Assembly: GCA_964304625.1 (NCBI GenBank)
Contig: OZ199840.1
Span: forward strand, 5,755,200 to 5,819,199
Source of the DNA: Kudoa neothunni
Taxonomy: Eukaryota > Animalia > Cnidaria
Length of the DNA stretch: 64,000 bases
Reading direction: 5' to 3'
Shown here piece after piece: positions 55,339 through 64,000 of the stretch. The notes below the pieces were generated by a model. That model searched no databases and was not told where the DNA came from. It was given only the letters and a program-made list of their open reading frames with translations. Both the position numbers and the translations under genes were made by a program. The first letter of the stretch is position 1. The number at the start of each line of letters is the position of its first letter.

Positions 55339-57660
55339 GTGGCTAAAATTTAGAAACGAACTTTCAGAGGACTATAGACGTCAACTACAGCTTCAAAATC
55401 CAAATTTGAATGTTGAATTTAATTCTACGATATTCAATATGGCACTTATCCACATTGAAGATATTTTAATTTTAATGGGTGGAGACGCACTTGAAAATTA
55501 TGGATTCTCCCCAATTAATCGCAGCTTTGGTAGCTATATCCCGACTGAAATTCAAAGGGAGTTACGCTACAACGTTAATGAGTTGGCACAGTTTGTATCG
55601 ATAAACAAACCTAAATTAATGACTGATCAATCACATGTTTTCAATACAATCATTGAGAGTATCGAAAACGATTGAGTTGAAGATAAATTGTTCTTCTTAG
55701 ACGCCCCATAATGCTTTCAAATTGCCTCTCAGGTTATCCGACGATGGCACTGTAACTTGTCGAATATGTAAAAGAACAGGTTCGGCGAATTTGTTGAAAC
55801 AATGCAGTGCGATTACTTGGGACGAATGTATCAGGGCTAACAAGATTGCTCTTGAAGCCTTGGATAGAACTCTCCGTGATATAACCGAATTCAGTGTTTC
55901 ATTTGGTGGAATAACTCTATTGTTATCTGGAGATTTTCGTCAAATATTACTCGTGATTCCGAGGGTCACCAGAGGAGATCAAGTAAAATTTTGCATCAAA
56001 TCTTCTTACTTGTGGCCTAATGTGAAAATTTTAAAACTGGCCACTAATATGAGAGTTTTTTTGAATAATGACGAAGAGTCTGGTGAATTTTCAAGCAACA
56101 TTCTGAAAGTTGGATGAATTGAAAGAACGGGTGTTCCCAAATATGATAGAAAATTATTTTATGTTAGAATGGTTATGCGAAAGAGGAATTATCACTCCAA
56201 CCAATAAAATTGTTGATGCTATAAACTATCAAATGATAGGCCTTTTGCCAGGTGAAGAAATTATTTACGAATCCTTTGATACAATTGTTGATACAAACGA
56301 AAGTGTCAACTATCCTGTGGAATTTTTGAATAGTTTGGAAATGTCCGGCATACCATCCCATACATTGGTTTTAAAGATCGGTGCACCTATAATGATTCTT
56401 AGAAATCTCGATTCCCCACGTCTTTGTAATGGAACTCGATTGGTTGTTAGACGATTAATGTCATACTTGATCGAGGCAATTATAATGACTAGATGTGTCA
56501 ACGACTGTATTCATTCCTAGAATGCCACTTATACCACCGAACAGTGTTATCACCTTTAGGCGGTTACAATTCCCTATAAAATTATGTTCTGCAGTGGCCA
56601 TTAATAAAGCACAAGGTCAAACATTGAAAGTGATTGGACTACATTTAGAAGATACTTGCTTTTCTAATGGTCAACTTTATGTGGCCGTTTCTAAAGTTGG
56701 GTCAAAACGAAATTTGTTCGTATTAACTACAAACGAAATTACAAAGAACATTGTCTACTCCAAGGTGTTAGGATAAGACTGAATTTGTTAATTTCCATTA
56801 TACAAAAATTCCACAAAAGTCGTCAACAAAACTCTCTCCTGTCTTCGTGACCAATGAAGTTTACCCTATGAATATATCCTATCAAGAATTCTCCTAAGGA
56901 AAGTACCCCATGAAAAACCCACCAAATGAAGACTACCCTACGAAGACATTCAATTAAGATCGCCATAAGATATCCAATACAGATCGTTTCAAAATAACTT
57001 TTGAAGATTCCCATTTCTATGATACACATCAATAATCCTATTAAAGGTTCGTATTTTAAAGTTTAAAATTCTCTCTTTTAACCATCTTACTAACAGAAAA
57101 AATTAACTCATCATGTTACAAGATACCTATTCTTTAAAATTCCATATTTCAGTATTCAATCCTTTAAAATATCTGTCAAATACGTTAGTCATCGTGTTTT
57201 TGTAATTTTACTGATCTATGCATTTTTAGGAGGTGTAGATTTTGACCTTTTGATTTACGCCAAATCCCATCCATACAAAATTCAAAAAATTTATACTATA
57301 AATATAATTTTATTCAAATACATGTTTTCACATAACTTTTAAATTTGCGGATGTCCAAACAGAAGAACACAAGACACCTTTTGAATAATGTCTTATGTAT
57401 AAATAAAATATTTTTTTAATTAAATATCGTGACAATTTATTTGCAGGCGTTTTAATAAATTTTTGTACAACCTGAGAAACGCTGGGTTTTAGCGCTATTA
57501 GTTACATAAATCAACCTTTATTCGTGTAATCGTTGTACTATTTATCCAAATACTCTTAATTTAGTTTGAACTTGACATGACCTTGGCCTACTCAAGGCTT
57601 TAGCATACCTGGGCTGGGCAAGGATGCCCAAGCGAAGCGGGGTTTTTGCTCTAGTATATA

Positions 57661-58955
57661 CAGTGTTTCAAGTTCAAGATGCATTTACGTCCAATCAAGA
57701 TGCATTATTTGAGAAAAATAGGTAATTACTAAATATCGAAACAATAAATTAATTTTCAATAACTTCGTTATTTAAGCATCGTGGGAAATAACTCTCCGCA
57801 TGATTGCAATAGTTTTGACATTGTGCAAACGTCACATCATTCGGACTAGATTTTATCGCCTCTATGAGTTCAGTTTTGTTTGTTGGATTCTTATGTCTTA
57901 CTATTATTTTTAACTGGTTGAAAAGTTCCTCGATCGGGTTAAGGAACGGGGAATATGGCGGTAGAAACAGAATCGAGTGATTTGTTTCTGCCACAAGATC
58001 CATGATGTAATCAGTTTTGTGAAATCTTACATTGTCCATTATGAGCAATGCGTTTGGTATACCGTCCAATTGTAGCTCCATGAAAAGTTGGATTAAATAT
58101 TCTGAAAATATACTTTCATTTACTGAGCCTTCGTGTACTTTGGTTGACCATACTTTCTGGGGGCTCATTGCGGCTATCCATGTAATATTTTTGGAGCGGA
58201 CGGTTCTCACGGTTAAATTTGCTCTAGATCCAACAGGAGACCTTCCAAAAAAGCGTCTCATTGATAAAGAGAATCCTGCTTCATCAATATAGAGAACAAG
58301 GGAATAGTTTGGCTTTTGTTGAAGATAATTTATGACATAACTAACTTAGATTTCATTTTAATTTATTATATATAATTTACTTTTTTCTTTTCTCTATATT
58401 CTCGAATAGATTTCTGCCAACAGGAACTATGGAAATTTTTTTTAATGAATAGTGAAATCCTTGAAGAACATTAGCAATCGTTTGCCTGGATACACTGATG
58501 TTATATTGTGAATTTAGCATTTCCCCTAAAGATGTTAATGTTATAGTGCAATCGTCGTCAACAAGTTGTTTTAGGAATTGTTTGTGTTCGTCGTATAATA
58601 ATTGACGTCGGTTGCCTCCCATTTTTTTCTTTTCCACACTTCCCGTAAATCCTTCAATTTAAGAATTCCTGTGACAGCAGTTGGATGAACTCCAACATAC
58701 TTGGCGATTTGTTTAGTTGGGACTATTTCGTTAAAGTCATGAAGCTAATTAATTAAAAATAACGAACTTCTGATAAATTTAGAATTAAATCTCGTGAAGT
58801 CATTTGTTTTGTTATATTTTCTTTTTTTCACGGCTGAATTAATTATTACATCAGCTGAACCTATAAGATTTGCTTCATGATCGGATGTGAATGCATCCTG
58901 ATCGTACATTTTGTGCACGAGCGCGCGCCGAATGCATCTTGAAGTTGAAACACTA
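57661..58955 (-). mobile_element. Tc1/IS630-superfamily DD34E transposon with intron(s)
   Basis: TIR (C/T)AGTGTTTCAA(G/C)TTCAAGATGCATT with TA flanks. Motifs YIDEAGF, MDNVRFH and PYSPFLNPIEE, with 34 residues between D and E. A GT-AG intron at ~58341-58380 separates the HTH part from the catalytic part. Confidence 0.92.
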
Positions 58956-58978
58956 TATATATATATATATATATATAT
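58954..58978. repeat. (TA)n microsatellite
   Basis: Direct observation at the right end of the Tc1 element. Confidence 0.9.
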
Positions 58979-59398
58979 GATTTAAGGGTGTAGATTCGAA
59001 TAACTGATTAAGTATTTGTAAGTAATTTTTGCTATTACGAGTAATCACCAGCTAAGTTAAATTAGATGGGAAAATTATTGCATCATGCCTCGGCAATGCG
59101 TATACATGTATGTATATACGGCTCTCAGATAGCACGGATTTTAATTAGGTCGTTAGATCACGAGCCGTGGGTTTTAACCCTGGCGAACTGATGGGATCAT
59201 TGCGTTTGTATTGCGCACATTTTCCCCGTAATGTGAGATGTAGTTAGGTTGATCATCCATCGTTGTTTGATGCCACCTGAAGATAGAATTCATTCCTGGG
59301 CGATATGGCTGTAGCTACTAAATATGCGCGAACATATATTGAGTATTGTATTGTTGTCTTTAAGTTGTGATTGTCTCTCTCTCTCTCTCTGCGCACTG

Positions 59399-59911
59399 AA
59401 CCCTTGCAATGGCATAGGGGTGTTGGGTCGAGCTTGCATATCATGAGGTTGCGAGTTCGATGCCTAGTCCGGGCGTTCCTGTAATCCTAATCCTAAATTA
59501 AGTAGGAAGGCTGTAGTAATCGCAAGGATTTGCGGTTTATCGTGGTCTTGCTTGCAGCTGGGAGGGGAGCCTGGCGGAAGGGTAGAACTCGGGCGCTCAT
59601 TAACGCCCAGGTAGAGGGTCGAAATAAAATCCAGTAGGAGGTTTCCGTATATCTAATGTCCGCAATCTTCAGACAACTCTCCCAGACTTATTCTGGGTTA
59701 ATCCTGGGTATGGTTGGTGTGGTGTGGTGGTTGTTCCGAAACGAGGATGTTTAATGGGTTAAAATCCCACACTACCGCATACACGTAAGTCCCCTTAATA
59801 TGTTAAATATGACGCCGCGGTGCCTACAGCGTAAATGGAGAAGGCCTAACCGGTCCAAAATTCACAACCTAACAAGTTGCGTAAGCGGTTTGACCTTGTA
59901 AACAAAAAAAA
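59399..59911 (+). mobile_element. tRNA-derived SINE, copy 2
   Basis: A box TGGCATAGGGG, B box GAGTTCGATGC, a body colinear with the reverse complement of 14757-15269, and an A-rich tail. TSD unclear. Confidence 0.88.
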
Positions 59912-59947
59912 TGAAGATAGGGTTCGGTCTAGTTTCAAACATGAAAC

Positions 59948-60760
59948 CAGCGGTTCTTAACCTGGAATCTGTGAATGAATCCAAGGGAGTCTATGGATGA
60001 TTTCAATAAAACTAAATACAATCTCATTAATTTACATTCATGATAACTAGATATTTTTAATATTAGCATAATTACTAAAAATATCATTTATACCCTTGCG
60101 TTATTGCTTATAATGAATATTTTATATTTCTTGCAAAATTTTCTTGTGTTATTTATTTTGGAAAAAAGCTCATGAAGACAAAATTTATTTAGTATGGCTT
60201 ATGGTATTGGATAAAAACTAAAAATTTCGAAAAAATATTTCATTATGTCGCAGACTATGTGCGGATAGAATGATCTTTCCTTGTACATCAAAATCAACAT
60301 CAACAACAACCTTTTCTTGCGAATCTAGATTTTCCCTGTTGACTACCACAAAAACAAGGTCACGAAGTTTATTACATGCAAGTTGCTCATTCAAACAGTT
60401 TGTCAAATTTCCATGAACTTGTTGATTTAAAAGAAAATATAATTATATATTTTTTAATATTTATTATATAATAACCCTTCTTTTTTAACTCTATTTTAAT
60501 AAATCCAACAATAAACGAAATTGGGGACTTTTGATTGAAAAAATATTTCTATTATTATAAAGGAATTTTTCATTTAGAAATTTTTGTATGAATTTTACCT
60601 ATAAACGTTTAAATATATGTATTATAAAACAATGTTCATTAAATGTTTAAGTCAAACGTATTATGCGTCATTATCTACGCTTGTTAGGAGTTTTAATAAT
60701 TTTTAAAACCATTCCTATAAAGAATTCCACGGATTTACATTTTTGATTTAATCGTATTTT
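59948..60760. mobile_element. hAT relic related to 13901-15668, opposite orientation
   Basis: End CAGCGGTTCTTAACCTGG. TATTATGCGTCATT...GAGTTTTA (~60660-60700) is the reverse complement of ~14350-14385. The right boundary is approximate. Confidence 0.55.
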
Positions 60761-61389
60761 GTTAATTAAATTTGTATATTTTTAACCAGTAAGTATTATT
60801 GTTAAAAAACAAAGGTTGCATTTATTAAAAAAGTGAAATTACGTTAAAATAGTGAATACGTAAGTTAACACTCACAGATTATTAAAACCTCATTAACATC
60901 ATTTATAAAATGACAAAAAAAGGAGTAATCATTAATATTTTTATTTCTGACGCACCTTAAGTAGATTTTATTTTTTTATCGTTTTTAGATTAATAGTAAA
61001 TTTCATAACTAGAAGGATTAATTTTTATCGAAAAATTTTGAAAAGAATTAAAAGCCCTGTTCAAGTTACTTAATGATTTTGTTTAACAAATAAGTGAACT
61101 TTAATCGTTAATCACATTTCATTTCTCATAAAATTAAGGTCATTATATTTTTGGTCGTAATTTGTAAAATGAACTTAAAAATACTCATTAATTTCCCTCA
61201 ATACCTCTATTTTTATTTAAATGGAAAATGCCTGCGTAATTTTTTTTATCGAAATCATTACACTGCAAAAATAATGACAAGCTTTAAAATGCATAAATTA
61301 AAATAGACCAATAAAATTTACAATGTTTAACGTGTTAACTAGATTAAACTCTTCTGTAAAATATCACCTTCAAAAATAAAATTAAAAGT

Positions 61390-61534
61390 TAAAATTTTTC
61401 ATCACACAATACCTGACAAAGCTGGGCATTAGCATTATATACTTAAAAATCAAAAAGGCTTTAGTCTGCGCCAGGTTTAAGCCTACTTGACTGGGCAAGG
61501 AAGCCTTTGCAGAGCAGCGGGGCGCTCGCATTAG
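61390..61534 (+). mobile_element. Helitron 3'-terminal segment related to 57455-57654
   Basis: Shares ACCTGA..A.GCTGGG..TTAGC, GCCTACT, CTGGGCAAGGA.GCC and GCGGGG...(C/T)TAGT in the same order. Confidence 0.6.
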
Positions 61535-61595
61535 TTAAGAAATAAAACACCAGTTTGATGTTGCGTTGTTTGGTAGAGATCTATTTTAATATAAC

Positions 61596-62238
61596 TGTAA
61601 TATTTGGTTGTAAAGGGATGTGACCAAAGCACCAAGTGCGCGATCAGCATCGGAGTGGTACGGCACCGCCGCCGTTTTAGCTATGGCTCGCGAGTTCGAA
61701 CCCCGCCCGCGACCATTCATTACATTGATGGCGGGGTATCTAAGAACCTACGTAACTTCCAACGCGGGAGGAAAAATGGTGTTGGACTGCCAGTATATTA
61801 TCGTACGGTGTGAGGTTCGTTTGGACATCGAGAGAGCTAAGAACCTACGCAACTTCCAATGCGGGAAGAAGTAGTGTAATGTTGGATTGCCAGTATATTA
61901 TTGTATCGTACGGTGTGAAGTTCGTTTGGACATCAAGGGAGCCTTGTAAGTATTATGGCTGGAATTCGACGCGCGTAAGGTCGGCGCAGATGTACTCGTG
62001 AGGGAGTGCAGCAGTTAGAGATGTCAGGTACCAAGAGACAGGATTTCGTCACATATCTGGATCTGGCGACATGAGCATATGAGGGCTTTCAAACGCGCCC
62101 AGGAGAAATGCAATGGTTGGTTATATAATGGGATGTGATCAAATCGTAGGATGCGCAACCAGCATCGGAGCGGTACGAGCCGCTGCCGTTTAAGCTATGG
62201 CTCGCGGGTTCGAACCCTTCTCGCGACCATTCGTTACA
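61596..62238 (+). mobile_element. TRIM / non-autonomous LTR retrotransposon with tRNA-derived Pol III cassettes inside both LTRs
   Basis: LTRs at 61596-61724 and 62109-62238 (TG...TTACA). Perfect 5-bp TSD ATAAC (61591-61595 / 62239-62243). Purine tract AGGAGAAA at 62101-62108. PBS-like TGATGGCGGGG after the 5' LTR. Each LTR has an A-box-like segment, G(A/G)GTTCGAACC and a CGCGACCA end. Confidence 0.9.
61740..61945 (+). repeat. Two ~100-bp tandem repeats in the TRIM internal region
   Basis: CTAAGAACCTACG.AACTTCCAA.GCGGGA...GTTGGA.TGCCAGTATATTAT...CGTACGGTGTGA.GTTCGTTTGGACATC occurs twice. Confidence 0.9.
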
Positions 62239-64000
62239 ATAACATTAGTTATATTGCTTATAATGTTTGTCTTATATAAGAACAAGTATTTAAGCACAAA
62301 CTATCGTTGTTTATATTTAACAAATTCAATAAGAAGGTTATACTTCTTAAGATATTCAACATAAATATAAGAACATTAATCATTTAATTCAGGAACAAAA
62401 TCAAATATAATATCCACACCAGGGTTATTTATAGCAGCAGTTAGAAAATTTACGTTTATTTATCAAAGATTTTAATACGTTAAATTATTTTAGTTTCGAA
62501 TTATTTTATTAACTTTGGTGGTTCTGACAAAAGTTAAATTCATTATTTCCCATCAGTTGTCACAACGATTTAATTTTCTTAATGAAATACGTTACGCAAA
62601 GTCAATAATATCTTTAAAACATGCGTGTAAAAATTTATGCGAAATTCCAAGTTATTTAAAATCATTAATTGACAACTTTTGTTTAATTAAAATAAACATT
62701 TTATTACGTGATTAGATGTTGATGTCAATATAAAATGTCTTTTTGATTGGATGTTTGATTAACTAAATTTATTTCTATATTAATTTTCTGTTTTGTTAGA
62801 TAAAGTAATAACAAAATTTGTTTCGTTGACTGTAAATATTATGACTAGCATACAAGGATAATAACAAGCATAGTTGGGATGTGCAAATTATATTTACATG
62901 AAACGTCTACAAACACATTATTTCGTATAATAAAAATCTCTAAACTCATATGAATTGATAGTATTATTTAATAAATTCTTTCCTTATGAGAATTCCGGTC
63001 TAATAATGCTGTCAATATCTAGATTTGGGTTATTAAAATGGCGAGTGAACTCAACTGTTTGAAAATAGCTTCAAGTTTTAATAGTTAATTTAAACATAAA
63101 GTGTACTTTTTAAATATCCTCTTTGCACTTAAATATTTTGCGAATAATCTTATTTAAATATTGAATAATTAAAAATAAAAAAAAACTATTAAGTATAACT
63201 GCTGTGCCATGAAATTAAATGAATAGTCACGTGTCTAAAATTTAATGGATAGAAAAATTGACTCCAATCTGTATCAGATTTTCAAGTTAAAGAATTCCTC
63301 GCGAGCATCATAAACGAACGAACTAAAGAGTGAATATTGCTCAATCGGAACACGTGTTGATCATTTCAGCTCGCATGATGAGTTAAGTTTTTACCGTTTT
63401 CCATCTTGAAGTGTGCTGTTATTTATAAAACAAAAATATGTAACTTAATTCAATGTAATATTTTTATTACATCAATATAAAGCGATTCTAAATGTTAAAG
63501 TAACATTTTCTATCTCGAGGGTTTTGTATGCGGCATGGTTCCAAGTTTTCCTATGCCGTCCAAATTAGTCAAAAAATTTTTCATGAACCATATGTGAGTC
63601 ATATTATATATTGAAAGATTATAACTAATATCCTATTGAAAATGATTTTAAAATCCAGGTTTCATTTATCTAAGAATTTAGCCGTAAGTATATAAAGTTC
63701 AGTTAAAATACATATGAGTTCATAATTATTTTTATAGATTCTATGATGACTTCTACATATTCCAAATAACGTTTGATTAAGACCGTTAATATTTATCAAC
63801 CATTTGTCAGGTCCGGGTTTAAAAATTACCCATAACTGTACATGGGATTAATCATTTTCCCGAAGAACTGACGATTTTGGGGATATAACAACATTTATTT
63901 GTACTAGGATTAAATGGCCATTACTTAATAATCTTATAAGCTTTTAAAAATTCCATTCAAAATTTCAATTTATTGATAACCACACCATTGAGTATTAATC

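Larger units (their letters stand above)
50040..57654 (+). mobile_element. Decayed autonomous Helitron (RepHel pseudogene ~50040-56776); 5' end not located
   Basis: Zn motif CPNCNAKKFPGETNDLCCSGGKV. Rep motifs FVTFTCNP, VEWQRGLLHAH, KYVCKYVNKG. PIF1 motifs WDEC, GDFRQIL, RLCNGTRL, RRLQFP, INKAQGQT, GQLYVAVS. Many stops and frameshifts, and Walker A is deleted (~55705). The 3' hairpin plus CTAG ends at 57654. Confidence 0.93.

Noticed and set aside
61645-61716. Functional tRNA genes in the two LTRs (also ~62150-62229)
   Set aside because: The T-arm and CCA are present, but the anticodon arm and 5' acceptor strand do not form a canonical cloverleaf. They sit inside TSD-flanked LTRs.
61604-62001. 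Short ORFs in the TRIM
   Set aside because: No gag or pol motifs. They arise from GC-rich repeats.
1-64000. CRISPR arrays, rRNA genes or prokaryotic operons
   Set aside because: None seen. The sequence is eukaryotic, with spliceosomal introns.

Overview
AT-rich eukaryotic DNA, almost certainly from an animal, since it carries a lamin with a lamin-tail domain and CaaX box. Compact host genes with mostly 40-75 nt GT-AG introns sit among dense, nested transposon debris. Host genes, spliced by eye: a partial hypothetical gene at the left edge (-), a small SH3 adaptor (-), lamin (+), CERT (PH-FFAT-START, -), TRAPPC6/Trs33 (+), CHP1 (+) and a choline-dehydrogenase-like GMC oxidoreductase (+). Mobile DNA: hAT and piggyBac-like MITEs and relics, two copies of a tRNA-derived SINE, a Merlin nested in a Merlin, a decayed Helitron interrupted by a piggyBac and two solo LTRs, and an intron-bearing DD34E Tc1/IS630 element. 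The most unusual object is a 643-bp non-autonomous LTR element (TRIM) at 61596-62238. Each of its ~130-bp LTRs contains a tRNA-derived Pol III cassette (A box, T-arm/B box, 3' CCA). Other notable points: the GMC enzyme lacks both canonical catalytic residues, the lamin ends in CaaL, and a perfect RFX X-box lies inside a 55-nt intron. All coordinates were read manually and no database searches were run. The host is inferred only as a fast-evolving invertebrate with short introns.
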